Assembly (NCBI GenBank): GCA_963843145.1
Contig: CAWJJC010000017.1
Span: 171,594 to 235,593, forward strand
From: an uncultured delta proteobacterium
Lineage (GTDB): Bacteria; Desulfobacterota; RBG-13-43-22
DNA length: 64,000 nucleotides
Direction of reading: 5' to 3'
Below the pieces are notes generated by a model. The model made no database searches and was not told the DNA's origin. It was given only the letters and a program-made list of their open reading frames with translations. Shown in pieces: positions 20,058 to 31,938 of the stretch. The translations under genes were made by a program, and so were the position numbers. How positions within the stretch are numbered: the first letter of the stretch is position 1; each line of letters starts with the position of its first letter.

Positions 20058-21284
20058 ATGAAACCCTTTTTTAAAGTAAAAACCCCCGAAGAAATCTTTG
20101 AAATGTTGGAAATCTTCCCGACCTTGGGCCGGGAAACCCTGCCCTTGGGAAAGGCGCTGAACCGGGTGCTGGCTGAAGAGGTATCCTCCCCCGAAGACCT
20201 GCCCCATTTCGCCCGGGCGACCATGGATGGCTACGCGGTTCGAGCCCGGGATACCTTCGGGGCTTCCGAGGCCATACCGGCCTTATTGACGGTCAGCGGG
20301 GAAATCACTATGGGCCGGGAGGCCACCGTCCCGATTCGACCCGGCCAATGCGCACGCATCGCCACCGGAGGCATGCTCTCTCCCGGGGCCGACGCGGTGG
20401 TTATGATCGAGCAGACCCAGGGGTTGGATGACCAAACCATCGAGGTCTTCAAATCGGTTTCTCCTCTGGACCACGTCATCCAAATCGGGGACGATCTCCG
20501 GCGGGGACGGACGGTCCTCCAGGCGGGTCGACGCCTTCGCCCCCAGGATCTGGGTCTTTTAGCCGGCCTCGGGGTGCAGCAGGTCCCGGTAGTTCAACAA
20601 CCCCGAGTGGCGGTCATTTCCACCGGCGACGAGATCGTCCCCTTCGATCAGCAGCCGCCCCCGGGAAAGGTCCGGGACATCAACGCCTTTACCTTACCGG
20701 CCCTGGTCCGGGAGGCCGGCGGGATCCCGGAATTTTTAGGTTTATCCCAGGATAACTTCGAAGATCTCCGGGGAAAATGCCGACAGGCCCTGGAGCATTT
20801 CGATGTGGTCCTGATTTCCGGCGGAAGTTCCGTGGGCACCCGGGACTTTTCCCTGGAGGTCATCGGCTCATTTCCGGGAGCGGAAATCCTGGCCCACGGC
20901 ATTTCCATCAGCCCTGGAAAACCCACCATCCTGGCCCGTGTCGGGCCCAAGGTCCTCTGGGGCCTGCCGGGACACACCGCCTCGGCCATGGTGGTCTTTT
21001 CCATTTTTGTCAAGCCCTGTCTGACCCGCCTGGAAGGGGAACTCCCCTCTTCGATCAAACCCGGCCTGAAGGCCCGCCTGACCCGCAACCTGGCCTCGGC
21101 CCAGGGCCGGGATGATTATATCCGGGTCGCCCTGCGACTCGGCCCCGAAGGCTGGGAAGCCGAACCGATCCTGGGAAAATCCGGGCTCATTTCCACCCTG
21201 GTCCGCTCCGATGGGTTGATCCGCATCGACCGTTTCACGGAAGGAAAAGAAAAGGGAGAATGGGTGGAAGTGCTGTTGTTTTAG
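20058..21284 (+). CDS. moeA: Molybdopterin molybdotransferase
   Basis: MDGYAV, STGDE, SGGSSVG, PGKPT, LPG. Confidence 0.94.
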   Translation: MKPFFKVKTPEEIFEMLEIFPTLGRETLPLGKALNRVLAEEVSSPEDLPHFARATMDGYAVRARDTFGASEAIPALLTVSGEITMGREATVPIRPGQCARIATGGMLSPGADAVVMIEQTQGLDDQTIEVFKSVSPLDHVIQIGDDLRRGRTVLQAGRRLRPQDLGLLAGLGVQQVPVVQQPRVAVISTGDEIVPFDQQPPPGKVRDINAFTLPALVREAGGIPEFLGLSQDNFEDLRGKCRQALEHFDVVLISGGSSVGTRDFSLEVIGSFPGAEILAHGISISPGKPTILARVGPKVLWGLPGHTASAMVVFSIFVKPCLTRLEGELPSSIKPGLKARLTRNLASAQGRDDYIRVALRLGPEGWEAEPILGKSGLISTLVRSDGLIRIDRFTEGKEKGEWVEVLLF

Positions 21285-21403
21285 TCTGAGAATAAAAGCG
21301 AATATGGAATAACGAGATGGTCTTTCGTAGGAGGGGCGACCCCGGGCCTGATCCAGAATGACGGCCTTTTTCCAAACCAAATTAACATTTACGAGGGTAA
21401 TAA

Positions 21404-23326
21404 ATGAAACGGAAAATCTACTTCGAAATGAAATCACTGGCGGAGGCCCGGAACATTTTTTTTAACTGTCTCGATTACCCTTCCCTGTTGGGGGATGAAG
21501 AAATTCCCACGACGGAAGCCCTCGGGCGCGTCCTGGCCGGACCGGTCTTTGCCCGTTTTTCCTCTCCCAATTTCCATGCCGCCGCCATGGATGGGATCGC
21601 CGTCTGGGCGGAACAAACCTTCGGAGCCAGCATTGAGCGGCCCAAAGAGCTGACGGTTGGAAAAGAAGCTTTCTGGATCAATACCGGCCATCCCCTGCCC
21701 CTCCAAACCAACGCTGTGATCATGGTGGAAAACCTCAATCCGCTGGGTGATGACCGTCTCGAAATCCAGGCCTCCGCCTATCCCTGGCAAAACGTCCGCA
21801 AGCTGGGCGAAGATATGGTGGCCACCGAACTCCTCTTGCCCCAGGGGCACCGGATCAACGCCTACGATCTGGGGGCGCTGGTCGCCGGGGGCATATTTAT
21901 GGTTTCCGTAAAAAAACGCCCCAAAGTGATCCTGATCCCAACCGGTTCCGAACTCCTGGATTGGTCTGACCTGCAGGATAAGCCTCTTCCCCCCGGGAAG
22001 GTACCCGAATTCAATACCCTGATCCTAAGCGGCCTGATTAAGGAATGCGGGGGATGCCCTGAACGCCGGGGGATCATCGCCGACCAGCCCGATAAAATTC
22101 AGTCCGTCCTGGCGGAAGCCGCAGCCTCAGACTGTCAGATGGTGATTCTGAACGCGGGGTCTTCATCGGGCAGCGAGGATTACACTTTTTCGGCCGTTCA
22201 AGCCCAGGGACAAGTCCTGGTCCACGGGGTGACTATCATGCCCGGCAAGCCAACCATTCTGGGAATCGTTCAGGGAAAACCGGTAATCGGAAATCCCGGA
22301 TATCCGGTTTCAGCCACGATTTCCTTTGAACAGTTCGCCCGCCCGGTTCTATTTCAGATGCAGGGCCTGCTCCCCCCGGAGCGCAAAAAAATGACGGTTT
22401 TCCCGGCCCGTTCTTTTCCCTCCAAGCTGGGGCAGGAGGAATTTCTGCGAGTCAATCTTGGGCAGGTGGGGGAGAAAGTGATTGCCAACCCACTGCCCCG
22501 CGGGGCCGGCACCATTACCTCCTTAACCCGGGCCGATGGGATCATCCGCATCCCGGAAAACACCGAAGGACTTAACCTGAGCGAGCCGATCTCGGCTGAA
22601 CTGTTGCGGGAGGAACAGGTCATCGCCCGGACGGTGGTCATCGTCGGCAGCCACGACAATACCCTGGACCTGCTGGGGAATTTCTTTACCCTCTCCTTCC
22701 CCCGTTTTCGTCTGACCTCCAGCAACGTGGGCAGCACCGGTGGTCTCATGGCCCTCAAGCGCGGGATTGCCCATCTGGCCGGCTCCCATCTGTTGGACCC
22801 GGAAAGCGGAGAATACAATATCCCCGATATCCGGCGCTTGATCCCGGACCTTCGGGTCAAAGGGGTCAATCTGGTTTATCGCCAGCAAGGCCTGATCTTG
22901 CCTAAGGGGAATGCCAAGGGGATTAAAGGCCTGGAGGATTTAACGCGCCCGGACATCGTTCTGATCAATCGTCAGGCTGGCTCCGGGACCCGGATTCTGC
23001 TTGATTTCCGTTTGAAGGCCTTGGGGATCGATCCGACGGTCATTCGGGGTTACCAGGACGAAGAGTTCACCCACATGGCCGTGGCCGTCAATATTCTCAG
23101 CGGTCGGGCCGACGTCGGGATGGGCATATACGCGGCCGCCAAAGCCCTGGACCTGGATTTCATCCCCGTGGTCCAGGAACGCTACGACCTGATCGTTGCG
23201 GAGAGGTTTTGGGAGGAAGAAAAGATTCAGGCCCTGCTGTCGGTCATCCGGTCGCAGGAATTTCAGGAAGCCGTCCGGCGATTGGGGGGGTATGAATTGA
23301 CCCAGACGGGGGAGGTTTTGTTTTAA
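21404..23326 (+). CDS. MoeA fused to a C-terminal periplasmic-binding (molybdate/tungstate) domain
   Basis: MoeA motifs plus GSHD, NVGSTGGL, NRQAGSGTR, ERYDL. Confidence 0.92.
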   Translation: MKRKIYFEMKSLAEARNIFFNCLDYPSLLGDEEIPTTEALGRVLAGPVFARFSSPNFHAAAMDGIAVWAEQTFGASIERPKELTVGKEAFWINTGHPLPLQTNAVIMVENLNPLGDDRLEIQASAYPWQNVRKLGEDMVATELLLPQGHRINAYDLGALVAGGIFMVSVKKRPKVILIPTGSELLDWSDLQDKPLPPGKVPEFNTLILSGLIKECGGCPERRGIIADQPDKIQSVLAEAAASDCQMVILNAGSSSGSEDYTFSAVQAQGQVLVHGVTIMPGKPTILGIVQGKPVIGNPGYPVSATISFEQFARPVLFQMQGLLPPERKKMTVFPARSFPSKLGQEEFLRVNLGQVGEKVIANPLPRGAGTITSLTRADGIIRIPENTEGLNLSEPISAELLREEQVIARTVVIVGSHDNTLDLLGNFFTLSFPRFRLTSSNVGSTGGLMALKRGIAHLAGSHLLDPESGEYNIPDIRRLIPDLRVKGVNLVYRQQGLILPKGNAKGIKGLEDLTRPDIVLINRQAGSGTRILLDFRLKALGIDPTVIRGYQDEEFTHMAVAVNILSGRADVGMGIYAAAKALDLDFIPVVQERYDLIVAERFWEEEKIQALLSVIRSQEFQEAVRRLGGYELTQTGEVLF

Positions 23327-23459
23327 TGAATTGACCAGAGACGGTTTCTAAAAAATCAATCAGCCGGTTATTGTCATTCTGATCGCAATCTCAGTTGGGT
23401 TTCGCCTGATTCTACCCCCCCTGTCTTTCTCTTCCATCTCCCATCTTCCCTCTTCAAGC

Positions 23460-23924
23460 TTATCTCTGATGATAGGCCGGATGCCCCGGCTTCACGGCAA
23501 AGAAGGTCCCCCGGCAGGTGGCCGTTACCTCGCCCCGGTAGGACAGGGTGGCTTCGATCACGGCTTTGCTTTTGGTGGATTCCACCACCGTGGCCGACAA
23601 TTCCACTGCGTCATCGATCGGGGTGGGCTTCAGCAGCTTGACGGCGAATTCCCCGGTGACCGTGCAGGGCGGCTGGTCCAGGCCGTTCTTAACCATCAGA
23701 TGCCAGGCCGAGGTCCAGTTGGAATGGCAGTCCAGAAGCGTCCCGATGATCCCACCGCAGAGCACCCCCTCAAAGGCCTGGTGGTGCGGCTCCGCCTTCC
23801 AGCGGGCCACCACCTTGTCCCCATCCACGTAGCTTTTGATTTTCAAACCCTTTTCATTGATCGGCCCGCAGCCGAAGCAGATGCCCCGGGCGTAATACTT
23901 ATCCTGAATATTCCATTTTTCCAT
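23460..23924 (-). CDS. PaaI-family thioesterase
   Basis: CFGCG..N..GL, GGIIGTLLD. Confidence 0.88.
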   Translation of the reverse strand: MEKWNIQDKYYARGICFGCGPINEKGLKIKSYVDGDKVVARWKAEPHHQAFEGVLCGGIIGTLLDCHSNWTSAWHLMVKNGLDQPPCTVTGEFAVKLLKPTPIDDAVELSATVVESTKSKAVIEATLSYRGEVTATCRGTFFAVKPGHPAYHQR

Positions 23925-23960
23925 ATCGTTGCTCCACCCTTCTCCGGTTTTGATTAGTTA

Positions 23961-24092
23961 TAGATTCATACATCCCTTGTTCTGAGAATTTGTCTCTAAC
24001 AATGGATGTATGAATCTAAAAAAAGACAATCTTTAAATCTGTTGCCGTGGTTTTTATTACAGCCAAAAATATTTCAAATATTCTTGGCTAGG
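23961..24092. repeat. ~130-bp AT-rich two-hairpin repeat, copy 1
   Basis: Similar to 39103-39236. Confidence 0.8.
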
Positions 24093-24520
24093 TCTTGAAC
24101 AATCCCTTCTCCCTGGGCGGCTGCCATTAAACGTCGATCAAAAGTCAATAGTTTCAATTCGGGCAGATCCTCCCGGAGGCTTTTAGCGGCAGCCAGGTGC
24201 CAGAGGTCGGCTCCCCGCAGGGGATAGCGGCCGGACAACTGCCGCAAGTCCTCCTGCCGGGGGATCCCCTGCCAGGATCTCCAAGGGCCGGTTTCCAGGC
24301 TTTCCTCAGCAGCCTTTACCAGCACTTCCGCCAGCAGCCTCTCCCGGGCTATACGCCGCAATACGGCCGACACCTCCGCGTAGGCCAGGGTGGAAAGGAA
24401 ATGGTATCCCGACCGAATCGCCCATCGATGGGCCTCCCGGCTGTGGTCGTCTTTCAGGAGGGCGGACAGCACGGCCGAGGCGTCCCAATAGAGAACCGCC
24501 GACTTTTCTTCCGTCTTCAT
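24074..24520 (-). CDS. vapC: VapC PIN-domain toxin
   Basis: YWDASA, LRGADLWHLAAA, TFDRRL. Confidence 0.9.
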   Translation of the reverse strand: MKTEEKSAVLYWDASAVLSALLKDDHSREAHRWAIRSGYHFLSTLAYAEVSAVLRRIARERLLAEVLVKAAEESLETGPWRSWQGIPRQEDLRQLSGRYPLRGADLWHLAAAKSLREDLPELKLLTFDRRLMAAAQGEGIVQDLAKNI

Positions 24521-24831
24521 CGATTTCGGTCCTCCTGCAAGAAGCCTTGAGCCGCTCCCTCCGGAGCCGGCAGCGGCGGCGGCAAGGGTCTCCGGTTTCT
24601 TTTCGAGACAGGACGAAGAAGCCCCTGCCCTTCCAAACGGCGGACCCTCTCTTCCAGGGGCAGGTTCTCCGATTCCAAGGGAACGATCTTGGCGATCGGG
24701 TGTCCCCGATCGGTGATGACCACCTCCCGGCCGCTTTTTACCCTCTTAAGGATCTTACTCAAGTCGATCTTGGCCTCGCGAATACCGACGCTGTTTAAAA
24801 CCATAGCCATTCCCCCATAAATCATACTCAT
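24517..24831 (-). CDS. Phd/YefM antitoxin
   Basis: VGIREAK..LS.IL..V..G.EVVITDRG.PIAKIVP. Confidence 0.9.
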   Translation of the reverse strand: MSMIYGGMAMVLNSVGIREAKIDLSKILKRVKSGREVVITDRGHPIAKIVPLESENLPLEERVRRLEGQGLLRPVSKRNRRPLPPPLPAPEGAAQGFLQEDRNR

Positions 24832-25043
24832 TGTAATTCTTTTTTAGATGTAGTCTGACAAAGCACAAATGTCAAGCTGAAAAGGGAAACCGGCATTCAA
24901 TTCCGATGCGACACCCGCCGGGACTTTCAAAATTTCGCCCGATCCTTAACCGAACGCCCTTCTTGACAAACAACCGGTTCTTTAGTTATCGTGACCAATG
25001 TTGAATCGTTCCTGGTAACAAGAAATGGTTGCGGAGAGGAACC

Positions 25044-26080
<1,037 letters not shown>

Positions 26081-26142
26081 AATGCTGCCTTTAGAAGGCC
26101 GGCCCCCTATCGCAAACTTATAAACGATCTCAGAACCAGTCC

Positions 26143-26971
26143 TTATCTCCAGGTAATTTTCGGCGCCCGGCGCTCGGGCAGACGAAAATATTTCGGCTTC
26201 GCGATATCCCAACATCATGGGGTAATGGTGCGTATGGCCCTTCGGTATCCCTATAACTTCTTTGAACTCCGCCGAGGACCGCAGCGCCCCCTGAACCAAC
26301 CCCGCCCAGCAGGTCCCCAGGCCCAGGGGGACGGCCGCCAGCTCCAAATAGGACAGGGCCAGGGTCACGTCCACCATGCCCGCTGGCATCCTCTTTCGGG
26401 GCGGAAGCCACCAGCAGGACCGGGGCCTCCCGGAGCACCACATCGTAACCGGCATCCCAGGCAGCAACGATCATGGGCAGATAAGCGGCCTGGGCGGGGA
26501 GAGGACTCAATTGGAGTACCGACCGCATCCAGTCCACCGTCATTCCTGCATATTCCTTAATCTTAGCCCGGTCGGTAAATACCAGCCATTCCACTACCTG
26601 GGCATTGCTGGCGGTGGGGGCATACCGGGCGACGCTCGATTAATTCTTGGATGATTTCTTTTTCCACCGGCCGGTCCTTGAAAAAACGAACGGAGCGGCG
26701 CGAGCGGAGAAACTGAACGGCCTGCTCCTCGTTGATCAACAGGTCCTTCCGGACCGGTTGACAGCTTTCCAAAAGAACCCGAGCGTGACTGAGCGCCCCG
26801 TGCGGGCAGACGGCCACGCAATGGCCGCATTGGATGCAAAGGTTCTCCCCGCCCGGAACCAATTCCGGAAAACTCTCCTTATCCTTAAGACGGATGATGG
26901 CCGTCGGGCATTCCTTGGCGCACAATCCGTCTCTTTTGCATTTTTCTCTGGTCAACAATTAGAAGTCCCAT
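26143..26971 (-). CDS. 4Fe-4S/nitroreductase fusion protein (frameshifted)
   Basis: CKRDGLCAKECP, CIQCGHCVAVCP, RRSVR, GLGTCWAG over several frames. Confidence 0.85.
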
Positions 26972-26998
26972 TTATACCTTTCTTTAACTCCGGACGCT

Positions 26999-27940
26999 TT
27001 ACCTGCCGGTTAATTCTGAACCACTCCCCGGTAAGGGTGTTCTATTCAAAAGATCAGTAACTACCTGAGCAAAGGCTTCGCCCCGGTCTTCCTGGAGGAA
27101 GTGGCCGCCCCCTTGGACGATCGTATGGGGCTGCCCCTGTGCGCCGGGTACCTTCTTCTGAAAAATTTGCTCGCCGCCCCGGGTGATGGGATCTCCGTCG
27201 CTGAAAGCGGTCAGAAAGGGCTTTTCGAAACGGGAAAGGACTCCCCAGGCCTGGCGATTGCCCGGGGCCGCCGGATCGTCCGGGGTTATGGGAACCAGGG
27301 AAGGAAAAACCCGCGCCCCTTCCTTGTAGGTTTCGTCCGGGAAGGGAGCATTGTAGGCCCTCAGTACTTCCTCCGGAAGGTCGGAGAGGGTGCCCATATT
27401 GACGATCGCGCCCACGTTGAATTCCTCAACCTCGACGGAAAACGTGCGCCACCGGAGAAAGGCCTTACTGATGGGAAATTCCCCGGTGGGCAGACCGGTA
27501 TTGGCCACCACGGCCCGGGCGAATCGTTCCGGGTGGGCCGCCAGGAGCCGCAGGCCGACCAGGCCTCCCCAATCCTGGCAGACCAGGGTGATGCGTTTCA
27601 GGTCCACCTGTTCCAGCCAGGCCTTCATCCACTCCACGTGGCGGTTGTAGGTGTAGTCCCTGCGGTCGGCCGGTTTATCCGAACGACCGAACCCGACCAG
27701 GTCCGGGGCTACCGCCCGCTTCCCGGCCTCCAGAAAAATGGGGATCATTTTTCGGTAGAGGAATGACCAGGACGGCTCTCCATGCATCATCAGGACCGGT
27801 TCGGCATCCTTTGGTCCTTCATCCAGATAATGAATCCGCAAGCGGCCGCCTTCCCCGTCCGGTACCATGAGGTAGTTGGGTTCATAAGGAAAGTCCGGGA
27901 GTCCGGCGAAACGTTCATCGGGGGTGCGCAGCACTTTCAT
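26999..27940 (-). CDS. Haloalkane dehalogenase (DhlA/DhmA-like)
   Basis: HGEPSWS, QDWGG nucleophile, GHFLQED. Confidence 0.9.
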   Translation of the reverse strand: MKVLRTPDERFAGLPDFPYEPNYLMVPDGEGGRLRIHYLDEGPKDAEPVLMMHGEPSWSFLYRKMIPIFLEAGKRAVAPDLVGFGRSDKPADRRDYTYNRHVEWMKAWLEQVDLKRITLVCQDWGGLVGLRLLAAHPERFARAVVANTGLPTGEFPISKAFLRWRTFSVEVEEFNVGAIVNMGTLSDLPEEVLRAYNAPFPDETYKEGARVFPSLVPITPDDPAAPGNRQAWGVLSRFEKPFLTAFSDGDPITRGGEQIFQKKVPGAQGQPHTIVQGGGHFLQEDRGEAFAQVVTDLLNRTPLPGSGSELTGR

Positions 27941-27962
27941 ATGGGAATCCTTTTCTTTATCT

Positions 27963-29033
27963 TTATTGGATTAATCCCCTGGTTTGCAACAGACGCATCA
28001 TCTGCTCGGCGCTGGAAGCCGGCGGTACGCGCAGTTGGTTCTCGGCCTTCGGGGTCAGTTTCATCGCTCCCGAAGGGCAGGTGGTCACGCAGAGACCGCA
28101 GCCGATGCACCGGTCGAGATTCACCTGGGCCAAGCCTTCATCGTTTAGACTCAAGGCGTTCATCTGGCAACGGTCCAGGCAGGTGGAGCAACCCAGACAC
28201 TCGGAGCCGTCCACTACCGCCTGATAATTGGAAAAGGCGATTTCGGCCGGCTTAGGGTGCTTGTTGAGCGCCCGGAGCACCCCGCAGCAATCCCCACAGC
28301 AGTTGCACATGCCGGAGGGATTCTGGGAGGTAGCCGGTTGAGTGACCAGCCCGGCATCCTGGCATCGGGTCAGAATGGCAATCGCCTCCTCCACCTCGAT
28401 CTTCCTTCCCATGTCCCGGTCGAGATAGTACTGTCCCATCGAACCGAACATGAAGCAGGCCTCCAGCGGTTTTCCGCAGGACTTATCCACGGTCTCGGTC
28501 CTCTTGCGGCAGATGCAGTCGGTAACCACGATCAGGTCCTTTTCCCGCAGTAGGTTTACGGCATCTTCATAGGCGGCGATATGCTGGGTGGTATCCACGG
28601 AACGTTGAATGGGGATGGTGCGCAGGAAATAGCCGCCGCTGTCCTGCATGGCCCGCTCAAAGCCTTCGTTTTCATATTGCTCCACCATGAGGGCCAGGTC
28701 CTTCGAAAGGTTCTTGACCTGGAATTCAAACACCCCGTGGACAAAAGGGATGGCGCCGTATTTGACCGTGCCCTTTTTTCCCAAACGGAACAACAACCCG
28801 CGGAGCGCCATATCCTCCAAGTGAGCGGCCACTTTTTCTACCGGCAACTCCAGTCGGGCGGCCACCGATTCCGAAGTCTCCAGCATGGGCGTCAGGGTTA
28901 AAAACAAGGCGGCATCGGCCTCAGAAAACAAACTTTTCAGGATCTTGATCTCAATCCCCGACTCGGTGGCCGGAAAACCCATAGAGTATTGATCCAGCCT
29001 TTTCTGCAAGTTTCGAAAAATATCCTCAGACAT
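27963..29033 (-). CDS. 4Fe-4S binding protein
   Basis: CICR, CNCCGDCC, two C-terminal CxxCxxCxxxC. Confidence 0.88.
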   Translation of the reverse strand: MSEDIFRNLQKRLDQYSMGFPATESGIEIKILKSLFSEADAALFLTLTPMLETSESVAARLELPVEKVAAHLEDMALRGLLFRLGKKGTVKYGAIPFVHGVFEFQVKNLSKDLALMVEQYENEGFERAMQDSGGYFLRTIPIQRSVDTTQHIAAYEDAVNLLREKDLIVVTDCICRKRTETVDKSCGKPLEACFMFGSMGQYYLDRDMGRKIEVEEAIAILTRCQDAGLVTQPATSQNPSGMCNCCGDCCGVLRALNKHPKPAEIAFSNYQAVVDGSECLGCSTCLDRCQMNALSLNDEGLAQVNLDRCIGCGLCVTTCPSGAMKLTPKAENQLRVPPASSAEQMMRLLQTRGLIQ

Positions 29034-29099
29034 AAAACTTCCTCCTTCGATTGAATAAACCCAATGAAAAGCTTTCCGGGTTGGACGCCCGCAAAGCCT

Positions 29100-29185
29100 G
29101 AAAATGGTTTCCTCCGAACCTTAAACCTTGGACCCTGAACCTGATACCGTGTACCTTGCGCCTTGCGCCTTGGACCCTATTTATC
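29100..29185. repeat. Heptamer tandem-repeat cassette
   Basis: ACCTTAA/ACCTTGG/ACCCTGA/CCTTGCG units; related to 30545-30600, 39935-39980 and 59278-59300. Confidence 0.65.
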
Positions 29186-29191
29186 TACTAA

Positions 29192-30283
29192 TCACGCGGC
29201 AGCACGACTGGCCTTGATGGCCTCCCCCAGGGCCTTTCCATTCTTCGGGGTTTCGGGGAAGCCCGTTCTGCAGACCATGGAGATCGCCTCCGACGGGCAC
29301 CCGGTCGCGCAGACGGCACAACCGAAACAGCGGTCGAGATCCACCCGGGGAGGACCCTCCTCCCCGACCAGGGAAAGGGCCTCAGCCGGGCACCGTTCCA
29401 GACAAGTCCCGCAGGCCACGCAGCTTTCCGCAGCAAAGTCCGGCTCGAAGCCGGAGTAAAAATACAGGGCGGGTTTGGGCTTGGCCAGGGCCTGTTTTAC
29501 CGACACGCAGTGCCAACGGTCGCAATTGCAGATGAAGCCCACGTCTTCAGCCGTGTTCATGCTCATGTGGATCAGACCGGCTTCCTCCGCCTGGTTCAAG
29601 ACTTCCCGGGCCTCCTCCTTGGTCACCTTCCGCCCGCCCAGCCTTTCAATGGCGAACTGGGCGCCCAGGCCGAACTGCATGCAGACATCCAGGGGCATCC
29701 CGTGAATGTCTTCGTCGCGCAGGGCAGCGGCATGACGGCAGTAGCAAGTGGTGACCGCGATGGGCTCGTACTGATCGATATAGCTCTGCACCTGGTCGTA
29801 GGTATGGACCTGATTCCCGTCCGCCACAGACCGGTCCACGGTGATAACCCGAGTTGGGGGGAAGCCGACTGCCGCCATGTCGGTTTTCTGGTCACAGGCC
29901 TTTTTATAGGCCTGGATGAGCCGGGCGAGTTTTTTATGCCGTTCGGTCGTTTTTCCCGGCATGAATTGGAATTCCAGTATGCCGGGCATGAACCGGGCGC
30001 CGCGGTAAAATTGGACCCCATTCCTCTTGACGGCTACGCAGAGTCCTTTATCGGCCATGGACTCCAAGATCCTTTCCAGTTCCGCCTCCTCCCGGCCCAC
30101 TTCCCGGGCCAGGTCCTTGGCCGTGAAAGGTCCCTTGGGCATGGCATTGTTGACCTCGGACTCCTCGGGGGTGAAGAGTTCTTCCGCCATGGCGTAGAAT
30201 TCCGGGATATCCATTCCCGAATAGCCGCCCCCGCGCTTTTTCATCACTGCCAGTAATTGCTGGTACACCTCGTGGTGGGTCAT
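29192..30283 (-). CDS. 4Fe-4S binding protein (paralog of 27963..29033)
   Basis: CYCRH, ICNCDRWHC, two C-terminal ferredoxin motifs. Confidence 0.88.
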   Translation of the reverse strand: MTHHEVYQQLLAVMKKRGGGYSGMDIPEFYAMAEELFTPEESEVNNAMPKGPFTAKDLAREVGREEAELERILESMADKGLCVAVKRNGVQFYRGARFMPGILEFQFMPGKTTERHKKLARLIQAYKKACDQKTDMAAVGFPPTRVITVDRSVADGNQVHTYDQVQSYIDQYEPIAVTTCYCRHAAALRDEDIHGMPLDVCMQFGLGAQFAIERLGGRKVTKEEAREVLNQAEEAGLIHMSMNTAEDVGFICNCDRWHCVSVKQALAKPKPALYFYSGFEPDFAAESCVACGTCLERCPAEALSLVGEEGPPRVDLDRCFGCAVCATGCPSEAISMVCRTGFPETPKNGKALGEAIKASRAAA

Positions 30284-30302
30284 GACAATCTCCTTAATCG
30301 TT

Positions 30303-30612
30303 TATTTTCGTATTTAACCCACATGCCCGGGGGCAGGTATCCCAAGGCATAAAAAGGACAGTTTCCACTGTCATTGCGAGAAGCGAAGCGACGAAGCAAT
30401 CCCCCAGTTAGTTTAGAACGATCCCGAAGCTCAATCGGGAGATTGCTTCGCTTCGCTCGCAAGGACAGAAGGATGTGGCGCTATTTTCGTACCATACCCC
30501 ATGGCACCTACGGCCACCCGCGAAGCGTGAAAATAGATTTCTCCGAACCTTGAACCTTACACCTTATACCGTGTGCCCTGCACCCGAACCCTGGACCCTA
30601 TTTTCGTATTAA
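30303..30612 (-). repeat. Composite repeat array bounded by TA(A/G)TA(C/T)GAAAAT units
   Basis: Same architecture as 39920-40400, in inverted orientation. Confidence 0.7.
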
Positions 30613-31586
30613 CCCACCGGCCCCAACAACCGGTTCAGCCGTTCCCGCACCTCCAGGGCCTCATCCATGGTCCGCTTGATGAAATCGGCGACGGTAGGAA
30701 TGTCGGTGATGCGGCCGATGACTTGGCCGGCCGGATAGATTCCCTCATTGAGGTTGCCGTCCGCCCAGCCGTGGCGGCTCAATTGTCCGGTGATCATGGG
30801 AATCAGTTCCTCCAATGTGGCGCCCTGGTGTTCCATTTCGATGATTTTTTCCGACCAGGGGGTTTTCAGAACTCGGGCGGGGTGCTGCAAGGATTCCATC
30901 ACCAGCACGGTTTCCGCTTCATGCGCGGCTACGATCTTTTCCTTGAAGGCCTGGTGGGCCGGGCATTCCTGGGTGGCAATGAACCGGGTGCCCATGTTCA
31001 CGCCGTCGGCGCCGAGCGCCAGGGCCGCGACCAGCGAACGGCCGTCCGAAAAGCCTCCGCCGGCAATGAGCGGCACATCGACCTGGTCCACGGCCTTGGG
31101 AATCAGGACCAGGGAAGTCACTTTTTCCATACTGGGGTGTCCGCCGCATTCGATCCCCACGACGGAGACGGCGTCCACCCCGAGGCGGGCCACTTTGGCC
31201 GCGTCCCGCACCCGGGCGCACTTATGGAAATGAATCAAACCGGCCTCGGAAATCTGCTGCCGATGGGGTTCCGGGTTGCGGCCGGCTGTCTCCAGGATCT
31301 TCACCCCGGAATCGATCACCGTCTGGATCAACTCCTCCGGCGGCCGGGGCATGAGCGCCGGGAAAAGCGAGACGTTCACCCCGAACGGTTTATCGGTCAA
31401 ATCCCGGGTCCGGTTGATCTCATCGAGCAACTCCTCCCGGGTGGCAAAGGTGGCCGCCGGCAGGCAGGCCAGCGCTCCGGCATTGGCCACCGCCGCCACC
31501 AGTTCGGCCCGACTCAACACCTGCATGGTGCCACACTGAATCGGCACTTCGATCCCGAACAACTCAGTCATTCTGGTCTTGAACAT
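30609..31586 (-). CDS. Nitronate monooxygenase / FabK-like flavin oxidoreductase
   Basis: KPFGVN, GIECGGH, AGGF, MGTRF, AGQ. Confidence 0.9.
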   Translation of the reverse strand: MFKTRMTELFGIEVPIQCGTMQVLSRAELVAAVANAGALACLPAATFATREELLDEINRTRDLTDKPFGVNVSLFPALMPRPPEELIQTVIDSGVKILETAGRNPEPHRQQISEAGLIHFHKCARVRDAAKVARLGVDAVSVVGIECGGHPSMEKVTSLVLIPKAVDQVDVPLIAGGGFSDGRSLVAALALGADGVNMGTRFIATQECPAHQAFKEKIVAAHEAETVLVMESLQHPARVLKTPWSEKIIEMEHQGATLEELIPMITGQLSRHGWADGNLNEGIYPAGQVIGRITDIPTVADFIKRTMDEALEVRERLNRLLGPVG

Positions 31587-31619
31587 GCTCCCTCCTTTAG
31601 TATGTAAATAGAAACGAAA

Positions 31620-31936
31620 TTGTATCTACACGGGGTGTTCTTTTTAGCTCTCGCCCGCTTCGCTCGAGTACGCCGAGGGCGCAGAGAAAGACGAATCTAT
31701 TTTTTGAAAAATCGCTGAGACGCCGATTTTTTAAAAGGACTCACGCCTCCGGCGGGGTCTTGTTCGCGGAGCGGGAGATTTTTTTTGATTGCCGCCCCGC
31801 ATTAGGCGGGGTCAGCGGCAATCAAAAATTAACTATTCTCTGCGATCTCTGTGTGCTCTGTGAGAGATCGTCTTTGTCTTTGGTTGTGACTGGGCGGTGT
31901 TAAGGAACCCTGTCAATATTATTTTGAGACCGTTAA
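31620..31936. mobile_element. MITE-like element (~315 bp; left end decayed)
   Basis: Closely similar to 43846-44158; right end TTTTGAGACCGTTAA. Confidence 0.75.
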
Positions 31937-31938
31937 TA

